A stretch of DNA of 64,000 nucleotides from Malacoraja senta (taxonomy: Eukaryota): NCBI GenBank assembly GCA_038087875.1, contig CM075977.1:330956001-331020000 (forward strand), written 5' to 3'. The first letter of the stretch is position 1, and every line of letters begins with the position of its first letter. Positions 24,702 through 38,004 of the stretch are shown one piece after another. Under the pieces are notes generated by a model. That model was not told the origin of the DNA and did no database searches. It saw only the letters and a program-made list of their open reading frames with translations. The translations under genes were made by a program, and so were the position numbers.

Positions 24702-24901
24702 GTATAAGAAGGAAATGCAGATGCTGGTTTAAACCGAAGATAGAGACAAAAAGCTGGAGTAACTCAGCAGGACAGGCAGCATCTCTGGAGAGAAGGAATG
24801 GGTGCCTGAAGAAGGGTCGTGACCCGAAACGTCACCCATTTCTTCTCTCCAGAGATGCTGCCTGTCCCGCTGAGTTAATCCAGCTTTTTGTGTCTATCTT
24901 C
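24702..24901. mobile_element. Penelope-like terminal palindrome enclosing a hammerhead-like core
   Basis: ~68-bp arms at 24736-24804 and 24833-24901; loop CTGAAGAAGGGTCGTGACCCGAAACGTC. Confidence 0.75.
24806..24833 (+). ncRNA. Minimal type I hammerhead ribozyme motif (PLE-type; activity unproven)
   Basis: CUGAAGA-A-GGGUC-GU-GACCC-GAAAC-GUC: conserved core, helix II, palindromic ACGU helix III. Confidence 0.55.
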
Positions 24902-26036
24902 CTCAAGCTAAGATCCCAAGCTGAGATCTGCTGTCTCAGCTAAGGAATTATAAATTTGATTTTCAACCAGAGGTTGCTGTGCTTGAAAAACTCATAATAT
25001 GTTGATCCAAATCTGGTTATTCAGCATGAACCGTATATGATTTGCACAATACTAATAACTGGTATAAAACAATAGTCCTGAGGTTGAGAAGCAATTATTG
25101 AAATTGTATTTGGAGTTCAGGCAACTTGAAATGTCCTTCCTGCAGAAATGCATGATCCGACTTCACTATCTTTCAGGTCAACTTAAATCTGACAAATGAC
25201 AGTCGTTACACACAAACTAGACTGAATTACTTTCTTAATTACTGAAAATGTGTTCATTTGTAAACTTCAGGTTTTGCTCAAAATGAACATTACCTAAGAG
25301 ATGAAAAATAAATAGAAATATAGAATATTTCTTTTCATGCTGACCCTGAAACTATCCACCACAAAATGGAAACAGTAAAGTGATTATTCAAAAGCATTAA
25401 TATATATTACAATTATTCTAATTTACTATACAGGAATAAAATATCTATGGTGGGGATTTTCATTTTTGCCATCTGGGCAGGTCACGCGTGATTTTTGATT
25501 TCATTTTCTTAAAATTACAATATTTGATCCCTAATGCAGTTATCTGCATTTTTACATTTTTATTTGCTCTCTCTCAAATACTGCATTTTAAGTTTTACGG
25601 CAAGGAACTTCATGATTGCAACATAACTTAAAAGAAATAAGAAGTTAGTAGGCTGTCATCTTATTGAAGAAACATGTCTCAGGGCAAGAGGTCAACTGTT
25701 GAAGGCTTGCATGAGGAAGAAGAGATGTGAATCTATCAAATTCTCTAATCCAGAGGCTGGGGTTGCTCAGCTGTTTAGATTAATTTAAATAGAACAATAT
25801 TTGTTTTGCATGCAAAAGAAATCTAAGTGATAAAAGGAAAGTGTGCAAGTAGGAGTTGTTAGCTCTAACATGCTTTTATTGAGCAGCTGACCGGATATAA
25901 AAGGCTAAATTACACGAGTTTGCACCTCGTTCTCAATTACTTTTGCCATTGCCTGGTAAAATGCATGGTTTTGATCTTTTATCCTCAGCTCACATACAGT
26001 ATTGTTGCCAATGTATAAAGTAGGTTGCGGTAAAAA

Positions 26037-26372
26037 AAAGACACAAAGTGCTGGAGTAATTCAGTGGGTCAGGCAGCATCTCTGGAGGACATGGATAGGC
26101 GATGTTTCTGTCATGACCCTTCTTCAGTGCCGAGCCAAAACGTCGCCTATCCACGTCTGATCCACTGAATTATTCCAGTACTTCACATCTTTTTGGGTAA
26201 ACCAGCATCTGCAGTTCCTTGTGTCTACAATTAACTTAGGGTAGAGACAAAATACAGGTGTAACTCAGTGGATCAGGCAGCATCGATCGAAGCTGCCTGA
26301 CCTGCTGAGTTACTCCAGTATTCTGTGTCTATCTCCAGCATAAATTGGCATCTGTAGTTCCTTCCTACACCC
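26037..26372. mobile_element. Two Penelope-like terminal palindromes
   Basis: GCTGGAGTAATTCAGTGG...CCACTGAATTATTCCAG and GTAACTCAGTGGATCAGGCAGC...GCTGCCTGACCTGCTGAGTTAC. Confidence 0.65.
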
Positions 26373-26446
26373 AGGGTAGTTGGACTGAGCCCTGAGGAAC
26401 AAACATCAAGAATAATGCCCTCTGATAATCATGATTGTTTTCCAAT

Positions 26447-27057
26447 AGTTCAGTTTAGTTTAGTTTAGAGATACAGCATGGAAACAGGCTCTTCTGCTCA
26501 CCGTGTCCACGTCGACCAGCAATCCTCACACACTAACACCATCCTATACACACACTAGGGACAATTTACAATGTTACCAAGGCAATTAACCTACAAACCT
26601 GTATGGATTTGGAGTGTTGGAGGAAACCGGAGAACCCAGAGAAAACCCACGCAGATCACAGGGAGAACGCACAAACTCCGTATAGAGAGCACCCATAGTC
26701 AGGATCGAACCCAGGTCTCTGGCGCTGTAAAGCAGCAACTCTACCGCTGTCCCACCTTTACCCCGGTTAATTGGCCTCTGCAAATTGCCCCTTGTGTGTG
26801 GGGAGTGGATGCGAATGTGGGATAACAGAACTAGTGTGAACAGGTGATCGATGGTCGATGTGGTCTCGGTGGGCCAAAGTATCTGTTTCCATGCTGTATA
26901 TTTCAATTCAAATCAATGGTGGTATTGGACATGAGAATAAAACAAAGGGTTGTCGGCAGCAATCCATGCAAAGAACATTTTCATTCTCTGGTCGAGATGG
27001 AACCCGGGTCTCTGGCGCTGTAAGGCAGCAACTCTACCGCTGCACACGTTGCCACCC
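26447..27057. mobile_element. HE1-like SINE (minus), adjacent plus-strand SINE tail, and extra head fragment
   Basis: Minus copy 26447-26757; plus tail 26764-26905; head fragment 26995-27057. Confidence 0.75.
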
Positions 27058-27683
27058 ACAAATGACAGATTTTTCTACGGCATTGAAGGATTTGTCCCTT
27101 GAACTGCATGATTCACTTTTGCGGGAGCATTTCAGTGCTGTTAATTTTGTACCTTGAAAGTGAAGGGCGGTTACTCTCCATTTTTCCTCAGAATATCCAG
27201 CTACTGTAGACATGCCTGGATCAAGGGCTCTGACTAGGTGGTTTGAGCAGAACTCAATCTGAGTGTCAGCAATCATGTAATTGGTGAGTAAAGGCAGCTT
27301 GACAGAATTAGTAATAACTTCTTCCATCACTTTTCTAATGGATAGTGAATGCTGCCTTGTATGGCAGAATGAACAATTAAGATTTCTATTCAACAGACCA
27401 ATCTGCAGTGACAATGAGAGGCTACAATTTTTCCTTCAACTCACCGTGTTTCAAGAGCCATGAATATCAGTCATTGCACCAAGATAACTTGAACCATCCC
27501 TTCACATTGCCACTGTGTAGGATCACAGAATCTATCATTCTAACAATGCACTAGAGTTCATTCTGAAATAATTTGTACCGACACACGTCCTCATTTGCTT
27601 TTTTCACAGAAAGCAGAATCTATGTCCAATATTTGATGGATAGAGAAAAGCACACAGCTGGTTCATTGAAAATCACAGCTCTG

Positions 27684-27830
27684 GAATAGAAAATAGGTGC
27701 AGGAGTAGGCCATTCGGCCCTTCGAGCCAGCACCGACTTTTAATATGATCATGGCTGATCATCCAAGATCAGTACCCTGTTCTGTTTTTTTCCCCATATC
27801 CCTTGATTGCCTGAGCCCTAAGAGCTAAAT
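27684..27830 (-). mobile_element. CR1 3' fragment
   Basis: ATAGGTGCAGGAGTAGGCCATTCGGCCCTTCGAGCC. Confidence 0.8.
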
Positions 27831-27969
27831 ATTGAAATGCAGCACCAAATCCCCAATACTTTGTTTGTCTTCTCGCCAGTATATCTCACGTTTCCTACTG
27901 GAATGGGACTACTCCGCAGGATGATTAGAAACTTGCTTGAACAATATCACCTCTTTTCCACCACCACTA

Positions 27970-28140
27970 TTGAACTTTATCGGACTTTCCCTTGCAATAA
28001 ATGTTGTACCCTTTATTTTTCATCTGAACACTGTGGACCCCTTGATTGTAATCATGTATCCGCTTTGCTTTGACTGGATAGCACGCAAACAAATGCTTTT
28101 CAATGTACCTCGGTACTCGTGACAAAAATAAACTAAATTA
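27970..28140 (+). mobile_element. Rex1/Babar-like 3'UTR fragment
   Basis: GCTTTTCAATGTACCTCGGTACTCGTGACAA, then AAACTAAA tail. Confidence 0.65.
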
Positions 28141-28329
28141 CAAAGCTCCCCACAACATCAGTCATTGGCCTGCAGTGTGCAGACAATGCTTACATATGCT
28201 GTGTTGAATTCCAAGTCATTAGTAACTAAATCTCAGATGTACATGTAAAAATGGAGCTAACACTATATATCCACTCAACAACAGTCTTCGACCAACCTGA
28301 CCCTGCTGCACCACACTGCACCTGTACGC

Positions 28330-28472
28330 GTGTCAGGGGTTATGGGGAGAAGGCAGGAGAATGGGATTGAGAGGGAAAAATAGATCAGCCATGATTGAAT
28401 GACAGAGTAGACTTGATGGGCCAAATGGCCTAAATGTACTCCGACAACTTATGAACTATGAACTTGTGAACT
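28330..28472 (+). mobile_element. CR1 3' fragment
   Basis: GGTTATGGGGAGAAGGCAGGAGAATGGG; (TATGAAC)n tail. Confidence 0.75.
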
Positions 28473-28639
28473 AAAGATTCATGCCAAGACTTGGAAAAAC
28501 GATAATCACTTGTGAAATCTCAAGAGGCATCTCTCAGTATTGGCTAACAACACGGATGAAATTCAACAACCACAGTCAGTCGCACAGGCTGAGTTACTCC
28601 AGCACTTTGTGTCTTTTTATTCACCACACTCCGTTAGCT

Positions 28640-28980
28640 CTGACGTGCACTTGCCCAACGCTGGATTTCTGAAGCGGTCACTCGGCTCTGTTACGGCAAG
28701 CAATTACCAGGTGGACAGATGAAACACTTCAAGGACATTCTCAAGGCCCTTATTGAGAACATGTAACATCATCACCTACTCGTGGGAATCTCTGATTAAT
28801 AGCTGGTCAAAGTGGAGAAAGAACACCCAAATTGGTGGCAAGGACCTTTGAGTCTCTTCTTCGGAGCATGTGGATGTCCAATGAAAATAGCAGAAGGAAC
28901 ATACCAATTGTAAAACCACACACTTCAGCTAACACCTCCTTCCTCGCCCATGGAGGAGGCTGTGGGAGCAAGATATCCTT
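28640..28980 (+). mobile_element. Ancient RTE-clade LINE relic
   Basis: GKQLPGGQMKHFKDILKA...WES...SKWR resembles the RTE ORF C-terminal G(K/R)RxxGGQxKRxKD motif. Confidence 0.55.
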
Positions 28981-29589
28981 AATCCCAAGGGTCCAGCAAA
29001 GAAGAAGGTGGCATCAATAGAAAAGAACAATGCTGGCTCATTAAAGATCATTGCAATAGTGTGCAGTCCTGGTGCACAACTTCTTTAAGTGTCTTCTTTT
29101 TCTACAACATTGTAAGAGGTGACAGAGTCTAATTATCATACATGGTGACTTGCAAGATACCAAGGTGGTATATATTATATTACTTGTTAGGATTTGTGTT
29201 GAATTAGCATAACACAGGGTGTAGGATGACACTGGTCCAGTAGGTACACATCCACTACATAATAGGCATTGAAAGGACTTCAGAAATGAGAAGTAGTTAT
29301 CTCAGCAGCTTGCCAGGTTAATACTTACAATGATACAATGTAGAAAAACTTGAGAGGACATTAAATATGTATATAGTATTGCAGCATGTACTGCAGATTC
29401 GTTTTTTTAATTCATTTTTTGGGACCTGACAAAGCCAAGTTTATTAGGTTTCCTTAATTATCCTTGAGAATGTGGTGGTGAACTGCTTTTTTAAATTTCT
29501 GCAATCTTTCTGCTGAAGGTAGATCAGGCACTGGTGAGTTCACCTTTAGAAAATGACAAACAGTTTTATCGCAAGCCCGATATCTAGCT

Positions 29590-30097
29590 CTGGAGAGGGA
29601 GCAGAGGAGGTTTATGAGGATGATCCCAGGGATGATTGGCTTAAAGCATGAGGGGCGTTTGAAGGCTCTGGGCCTGTACTAGCAAGAGTTTAGAAGGATG
29701 GGTGGGTTGAGTGGGCATCTAATTGAAAACTGCCAGTTAATGAAAGGCCTAGATGGAGAGGACATGGAAAGTATGTTTCATGTAGTGGAAGAGTCCAGAA
29801 CCAGAGGCTACAATCTCAGAATAAAAATAACATACCTTTAGAATGGTGATGAGGAGGTTCTTTAGCCAGAGGATGGCGAATCTGTGGAGTTCATTGCCAA
29901 AAACGTTTGTGGAGGCCAAGACATTGGGTATTTTTAAGATGGAGATCAGGGTTGACAAAGTCGGGCATCAAAGGTTACGGGGAGAAGGCAGGAGAATAGG
30001 GTTGAGAAGGAAGTACAGATTAGTCATGATTGAATGTCAGAGTAGACTCGATGGACTGAAAGGCCTAATTCAGTACCTATGTCTCATGGTCTTATGG
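29590..30097 (+). mobile_element. CR1 3' fragment inserted in an older minus-strand LINE relic
   Basis: RRFFSQRMANLWSSLP; CR1 3'UTR. Confidence 0.8.
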
Positions 30098-31629
30098 TAC
30101 CCCTAAAATGCTTTTGGGTAGGAACGTCCAACATTTAGACCTAGTGGCAATGAAGGGACAGAGATATATTTCCAGATCAGGATGGCTCGTGACTGAGAGG
30201 AACCAGTCGGTGGCAATTCTTCCATCCACTGGAGGCTCTTGACCATCTTGGTACTAAATGCCATAGGTTAGGAGTTGCTGTGAGAGTAGTGTAGGTGAGT
30301 GACTGCACACCATACAGGTACTGTGAACCAATGGGGGAGGGATGGAATGATTAGGTTGATGGACCAGGGCCCAGACGCGTCATCATACATTTTTATTGCT
30401 GACATCTCTCACGTTTTATACTGCACACTTCACTGGCAGACACTCGTAGTTAGTAAAATAAGCCCTACTCCAATCAGTTAATTGTGAGTCACTGCTAGTG
30501 GAACACCACCGGTGGTGGGAGGGAGGCAGGGAAGGAATTGCCAACATTTTGGGTCAAGAACCGACAACAGTAAACTGTAGGCCGGTAACTATAGTTACTA
30601 ATCATAATAACCAGTAATGCCTGTTAGGCCACAATGAGATCTAGCATTTAATTTTGGACAATTTATTTTGGAAAGGGCATTAAAGTCCAAAGAAATAAGC
30701 AGAAGAGATTTACTGGATTTTTTCCAAGGAAGACGTAATAAGGTTGGACTGGAAAAGCCAGAGTTGTTTTCCATCAGAATAAAGAAGGTAACAAAATTAA
30801 TGGATTGCATGGTAACATTTCCATGACTCACTGAGTACTTGGTAATAATCTGTACTGAAAAGAAACCCTTTACCTCTAACAATTTATCTCTGGTTCATTG
30901 GAAAATTAGGGAATCCAGAGCTGGTGTTATCTCAGTTTAATTTATCGGCTTTGCTTCGTCTTCTTACAAGCACAATCCTGACAAGAAAAACAAGACCTTC
31001 CCCTTTAAGGTGCCACACATCTTCAAAGCCTGCAACAGTACCAGTAAACAGGCAAGTTTCCAATTGGACAAATCATTCCTGCAAGCAGTCACCAGTATTA
31101 TTTAATTCAATCTGACCCTTGAAATTCTGTCAGGATCAACAAACTACACTCAGGCATGTGCTAATTATACACCAGCCAAATTTCATTGCTTGGAGGGCTG
31201 ACAGAAAATTTATGCTGATTGGACTGACTTTGAATATGAAGATTTTCACATTTACAATTTAAATGGCATTATCAATTTTAATTATGCATGCAATTTGATT
31301 TCAATAGCACCCTTGGTCAGTGTAAGTATCAGATCATTGAGAGTCAGTCTTAGCAAGAATATTTGCATGAGTTTGATTCAGTGAGGACTACCTGCCATAA
31401 AGTCTGATTGAGAAAATTAATTAGTTTTAAATTATTTTGTTGTGAAAAGCCATCATGGTATCTCAACCCAGTTTTAGCATATCAATAACCCCAACACAGT
31501 GTAATAATTATTTTATATTTAAGCTAGGAAGTTTAATTCTGAATTGCCGGGAAGCAAATATATTTGACATGTAGAAATGTTTGTTGTGTTTTTCCTTATT
31601 TCTGTTTATTACTTGTTCTGAACATGAAG

Positions 31630-32195
31630 GTCATTTGTGAGGCCTCATTTAGAGTATTGTGTTTAGTTCTGGGCACCATGTTATAGGACAAAGGGTCAAG
31701 CTGGAAAGGTTACAGAGAAGATTTACGAGGATGTTGCCTGGGCTAGAGGGTCTGAGCTATAGGGAGAGGTTGAGTAGGCTGGGACTCTCTTTCTTGGAAT
31801 GCAGGAGGATGATGGGTGATCTTATTGAGGTGTATAAAATCACGAGAGGAATAGATCGGGAAGATGCACAGTCTCTTGCCCAGAGTAGGTGAATCAAGGA
31901 CCAGAGGACATAGGCTTAAGGTGAAGAGGAAACGATTTATACAAATCTGAGGGGGTGGTGGGTGTATGGAACAAGCTACCTGAGGAGGTAGTTGAGGCAG
32001 GTACTCTCCCAACATTAAAGAAATAGTTAGACAAGTACATGGATAGGACAGGTTTGGAGGGAAATGGACCAAGCGCAGGCAGGTGGGACTAGTGTACCTG
32101 GGACATGTGTAGATGGGGCATGTTGGCCGGTGTGGGCAAGTTGGGCCAAAGGGCCTGTTTCCACACAGTATCACTCTATGACTCCATGACTATGA
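31630..32195 (+). mobile_element. CR1 3' fragment (subfamily sharing its 3' end with the SINEs)
   Basis: LERLQRRFTRMLPGLEGLSYRERL; GGCCAAAGGGCCTGTTTCC; (CTATGACT)n tail. Confidence 0.85.
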
Positions 32196-33362
32196 AAAGG
32201 GGACGATGATTTATTCTTGTAAACATTCTTTGAGGTCATATAAAATTGGCTTACTGGATTTTACTGAATATCAATATATTTAATTGCAATAAACCTATTG
32301 GGACCTAAACCCTTTATTGTGTACTATCATTTGATCTCTCACATAAAAACTATCATGTAAAGGGCAAATAAAATAAGTTGTCATAATTGTGTTGACTAAA
32401 GATACAAGACTGAAATGATTTTAAGTTTAATTTTAAAATATGTTTCCTCATATATTTTCTAAAATGATATTTATATTGAAGCAATTCTGAGGGACTAATA
32501 TAATTAAAACTATATTTATCATAGCATTCAAATGTTTCTATGCCTCCTTCCGTCCTTATCATCTCTAACCATACATGTGGAGAAGCTTAGTAAATTTATT
32601 ATTTTGTGTGGTTACATATAGCTCAGTTGTATTAACTGAAATAAATGAATCAAATTGTTTCCAGTCAGTTGCACAGCACTGTCAAGTGTTGTGAGAAACA
32701 AAGACAACAATTTGCATCTGATATTATTTCATCTTTGTGGAAAGAAAATTGGCAATGAACATTCTCCTCAAAATGCAAAGGGATGTTATTAATACATTGT
32801 ACTTTAGTTAATAAGGAGTAGCGTGGGCACATTTTAAAAGATAATCCACTTGGCTCATGTGGAGGAGAAACCTCCTCTGGTATACTCGGGTGAGTACTTA
32901 AAGTAACTTATAACAAGACATCTTCACAGCTATCATTGGCATGTCTGATGGAATTAAAATAAAACCATTGGGTTGTACAGCATTGACTGAGAGCACTGAA
33001 GGTAATGGGATGAGACAAATTCTTAGGTATTGAAGTGAGATCTGTGCTCCAGAGGTGGCTGCACTTATTGCCACGCAGTTCCTGGAACATTGGCATCAAC
33101 ATGGAAAATTGGCAAAGTGAGCCTTATTAGCCTTGTTAACAAAGAGCAGGCCAATGACTGCCCAGTCTACTTCAATCATGACAAACATCATCGGTATCAT
33201 TGACAGTGCTAGCAAGTAGCACTGACTCACCCAGATACCACAGAGCTGAGTTCCAGAAGAGAGGTGAGAGAATACATCTTCTATTTAATGCCAGCATTTG
33301 ACTGAAAGTGGCATCAAGGTCTGTTGGTGACACTAAAGTCAAAGGTCTGAGTGTAAAACCAA

Positions 33363-33456
33363 AATCTGAAGAAGGGTCGACCCAAAACGTCACCTATTCC
33401 TTTTCTCCAGAGATGCTGCCTGACCCTCCAAGTTACTCCAGCATTTTGTGTCTACC
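33363..33456 (+). mobile_element. Penelope-like terminal fragment
   Basis: CTGAAGAAGGGTCGACCCAAAACGTCACCTATTCC; flanked by CTAAAGTCAA direct repeat. Confidence 0.7.
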
Positions 33457-33499
33457 TAAAGTCAATGGCCTTCAGAGGGAGGGGTTATAACTGACACAA

Positions 33500-34570
33500 A
33501 GGGAGATGTTGTGGTTGAGGAAGTTAATAATTCCAATCACAAGAACCTCACTGTAAAAGTTCATCAGGGTAGTGTTCTAACCTTAGCAATCTTCAGCTGC
33601 TTCTAACAATGTGCTCTCTTCTAACAGAAGTAGGGAGGTTTGCTGATTATTGCATAATGGTCAATTCTATTTGAAACTCCACAACAAATGAACCATTATT
33701 GCATGCAACAAGACCAAGAAAACATTCTGGCTTAAGCTGTGATATGACAAATAACAATCATGCCACCAAACTGCCAACAAGACACAGCCTAACTATCTAC
33801 TGTGCATACAACATTTAATGGCATTATCATTGCCAAGTCTCTTATCATCAATTAGCTGGGGGTCACCATTGACGAGTAACTCAACTGATCCAGCCACATA
33901 ATTACAGTGGCTACAACACCCATACCTTTTCCACCTTATACTTTATAATCATCATATCTGGGATTAATGTTACCACCTAGATGTCACTTGTATAGTTGCT
34001 TTGGCTATAATATTACATTTGGCATAATTGCTCTAAATTGGAATTTGCCAAACTGAATGAAATTAGATCCCTGCACTGTAACAAGCCATTCATTTACAGA
34101 CAGATTTGCATAAAATATGCTACACTTTTCTTTGTTTTTCTAAGATGTAAGCCAAGTGCGTGATAAAATTCTCTACACTGGCCTGGATTACTGCACTCCA
34201 ATAACTATCAAGGAACTACCCACCTTGCATTCAAGCCAAAGCAAAGCCAAACTACTTATTCCATCCACAGTGCTGTGGTCGGTATCATTCGCAAAATGGC
34301 TATTCTGGCAGGACCATGATATTTACCACCAAGTCAAACCAGGGCAACAGGTTCATGAGAACAGCGCCACCTACAGACTCCGCTTCAAACCGCGTGATAT
34401 CCATATTTGGAAATGTGAGGCTAGACCTTCATCATTGCTGGAACTCCTTCCCCAATAGCTCTGTGGGAGTACATTCACCAGAAGAACTGCTGCAGTTCAA
34501 GAAGGCAGCTCACCACCTTCTCTGGGGCAACTGGGGATGGGCAATGAATGTCAATTTGCCAAGACCATGT
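33500..34570 (+). mobile_element. Ancient CR1/L2-like LINE relics
   Basis: CAGGGTAGTGTTCTA, TTTGCTGAT, WNSFPNS..G...EELLQFKKAAHHLL, GGGATGGGCAAT 3' end. Confidence 0.5.
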
Positions 34571-35209
34571 GAAAAATGACTTAAAGCAATACCTCTGGAT
34601 AGAAAAACACAGTTATGACCTTTCATTAAATTTTTATCTGATTAATTCATACTTAACAGATGCATGCCCACCAAACTGCTAAGATAAAAGAGAGAGTTTA
34701 AGAAATGTCCATGAGGTTGGATCATAATTTGATATGCACTTGGCAAGATTTACAAACAAGGCAGATTGTGCTTCCCTTCCAGTTTTGAACTCACCATTAG
34801 AATTTTACTGTTTACACCGCAGAATGTTTGCAAAATGTCCAGGCTTTATATATTAACATTCCAAATCTTCATTACACTAAATCTCTAGTACTGCAGTAAA
34901 GCAAACTACAGATTGCTATGAAACCTTCTCATCCCTTTCACCTTTGACAGTTTCAACAAATAGACTTCCTGCACTCCACAGCCTTCAATTACTTTGCTGG
35001 TATTTTCCTTTCTTCCAAAGTTTCTTTGGAGAATTCAAATATTTTTCCCTGGCCATAGTCATCCATATACTATATACCAGCTGATAAATAATTTCCAGAA
35101 TTCATGCAAGGTGGGGAAAGCATCCAACAGCCAAAGGGCATGTGCAATCTGCGGAATATCACCCACAAGTTCTGATCTCACTCATCAGGTTAGTTTGGAG
35201 AAGGTTTTG

Positions 35210-36144
35210 ACAATAGACAATAGACAATAGACAATAGGTGCAGGAGTAGGCCATTCGGTCCTTTGAGCCAGCACCGCCATTCAATGTGATCATGGCTGAT
35301 CATCCCCAATCAGTACCCCGTTCCTGCCTTTTCCCCATATCCCCTGACTCCGCTATCTTTAAGAGCCCTACCCAGCTCTCTCTTGAAAGCATCCAGAGAA
35401 CCTGCCTCCACCGCCCTCTGAGGCAGAGAATTCCACACACTCACAACTCTCTGTGAGAAAAGGTGTTTCCTCGTCTTCGTTCTAAATGGCTTACCCCTTA
35501 TTCTTAAATTGTGGCCCCTCGTTCAGGACTCCCCCAACATCGGGAACATGTTTCCTGCCTCCAGCGTGTCCAAACCCTTAACAATCTTATATGTTTCAAT
35601 AAGATCCCCTCTCATCCTTCCAAACTCCAGAGTGTACAAGCCCAGCTGCTTCATTCTCTTAGCAAAAGACAGTCCCGCCATCCCGGGAATTAACCTTGTA
35701 AACCTACGCTGCACTCCCTGAATAGCAAGAATGTCCTTCCTCAAATTAGGGGACCAAAACTGCACATAATACTCCAGGTGTGGTCTCACTAGGGCCCTGT
35801 ACAACTGCAGAGGGTCCTCTTTGCTCCTATACTCGACTCCTCTTGTTATAAAGGCCAACATGCCATTCGCTTTCTTCACTGCCTGCTGTACCTGCATGCT
35901 TACTTTCATAGACTGATGAACATGGACCCCCAGATCCCGCTGTACTTCCCCTTTTCCCAACTTGACGCCATTTAGATAGTAAACTGCCTTCCTGTTTTTG
36001 CTACCAAAGTGGATAACCTCACATTTCTCCACATTGAACTCCATCTGCCATGCATCTGCCCACTCCCCCAACCTGTCCAAGTCACCCTGCATTCTCATAG
36101 CATCCTCCTCACAGTTCACACTGCCACCCAGCTTTGTGTCATCT
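35210..36144 (-). mobile_element. Young CR1, 5'-truncated
   Basis: ORF 35523-36227 RT C-terminal half; (GACAATA)n tail. Confidence 0.92.
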
Positions 36145-36249
36145 GTTCCTGCTTCCTGATTCGGAGGCAGGTGTGTTACCACTGAGCCAAGGATTAATGC
36201 TAACTTTATTTCTACTGTTCTGAACAAATATCAAAAAATGGGATGTTTT

Positions 36250-36736
36250 GTACAAATAATGAGGATGTTGCCAGGACTAGAAGGTGTGAGCTATAGGGAG
36301 AGGTTGAGTAGGCTGGGTCTCTGTTCCATGGAGTACAGGATGATGAGGGGGGATCTTATAGAGGTGTACAAAATCATGAGAGGAATAGATCAGGTAGATG
36401 CACAGTCTGCCCAGAGTAGGAGAATCGAGGACCAGAGGACATACCTTGGTTCAAGGTGAAGGGGAAAATTTTTTATAGGAATCCTAGGGGTAACTTTTTC
36501 ATACAAAGGGTGGTGGGTGTATGGAACAAGCTTCCAGAGGAGGTAGTTGAGGTTGGGACTATCCCATCGTTTAAGAAACAGTTAGACAGGTACATGGATA
36601 GGACAGGTTTGGAGGGATATGGACCAAGCACAGGCAAGTGGGACTAGTATAGCTGGGACATGTTGACCATTGTGGGTAAGTTGGGCCGAAGAGCCTGTTT
36701 TCACACTGTATCACTCTGTGACTCTATGATTCTATA
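36250..36736 (+). mobile_element. CR1 3' fragment
   Basis: Homologous to 31630-32195. Confidence 0.85.
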
Positions 36737-36845
36737 ACGTGGTTTAGCTTGCATTCTTCGCATATGGGAAAATATTTGTAATCTCACTGCTCAGTGAACT
36801 ATTTGCAAACATGTTTAGTGACCTGAATAGATGATCTTTTCAAGT

Positions 36846-36940
36846 AAATAGACGATAGACAACAGACAATAGACAATAGGTGCAGGCGTAGGCCATTCAG
36901 CCCTTCGAGCCAGCAGCGCCATTCAATGTGATCATGGCTG
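36846..36940 (-). mobile_element. CR1 extreme 3' tail
   Basis: (GACAATA)n then GGTGCAGGCGTAGGCCATTC. Confidence 0.75.
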
Positions 36941-37404
36941 TCCCACTATGGCGACCTTATTTGCGAGTTTAGGAGAGTTTGCACACGCCACAAGCTCGCA
37001 GCATGGTCGACACATGGTCATAGGTGGTCACTGGTAAGTCTCCTTCATGGTCGAGAGGAGTTCCCGCATAGTGGTTACTAGTCGCGGCCTCAGTTTGCTC
37101 GCTGAACATTTTTCAACAAGCCGAAAAATTTTCTGCGAGTAAGAATTGGTCGGCATGGAGATAATCAATACTTTTGAACTCATAGTGCAGTGGTAGTGGG
37201 GTTGCCATGTCGTTGTAGGTAGTCAAGGTAGCCGTAGGTAATCTCCTTTGCTGACTGGGCATTTTAATTGGCTCATTGGGGGAAAAAGCATGAGTTTTCA
37301 GAACCAAAGAAAACCAGTAATGTTAAATGCCCGCTAAACTTCACAGCTACAGTATGTATCTCTGGCTTATTAAAAGTTGTCTGGCTCCTTAAAAGTGTCT
37401 CCAC

Positions 37405-37640
37405 TCCTTCTCTCCCCTTCTCCCCCCTTCTCTCCCCTTCTCTCCCCTTTTCTCCCCTTTTCTCCCCTTCTCTCCCCTTCTCTCCTCTTTTCTCCCCTTC
37501 TCCCCCTTCTCTCCCCTTTTCTCCCCTTTTCTCCCCTTTTCTCCCCTTCTCCCCCCCTTCTCTCCCCTTTTCTCCCCTTTTCTCCCCTTCTCTCCCCTTC
37601 TCTCCCCCTCTCACCTTCTCCCCCATTCCCCTCCCCCCCC
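37405..37640. repeat. (TCTCCCCTTC)n polypyrimidine tract
   Basis: Direct observation; explains the spurious SPLF/GEKG ORFs. Confidence 0.95.
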
Positions 37641-37762
37641 GCTCTTTTAAAGGACTTACCGTACACTGTGCCAGCCGTCTTTACCCTTCCTGTTCATCGC
37701 GGGTATGACCTTGGCTTTGCACCGTGTGATTTTCAGACAGCTCTTCCCTGCTTTTCCCTGGC

Positions 37763-38004
37763 NNNNNNNNNNNNNNNNNNNNNNNNNNNNNNNNNNNNNN
37801 NNNNNNNNNNNNNNNNNNNNNNNNNNNNNNNNNNNNNNNNNNNNNNNNNNNNNNNNNNNNNNNNNNNNNNNNNNNNNNNNNNNNNNNNNNNNNNNNNNNN
37901 NNNNNNNNNNNNNNNNNNNNNNNNNNNNNNNNNNNNNNNNNNNNNNNNNNNNNNNNNNNNNNNNNNNNNNNNNNNNNNNNNNNNNNNNNNNNNNNNNNNN
38001 NNNN
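37763..38004. other. Assembly gap (242 N)
   Basis: N run. Confidence 1.

Noticed and set aside
30598-30882. 94-aa minus-strand ORF as a host exon
   Set aside because: The plus strand resembles a decayed LINE RT C-terminus (AGAAGAGATTTACTGG); no splice or homology support
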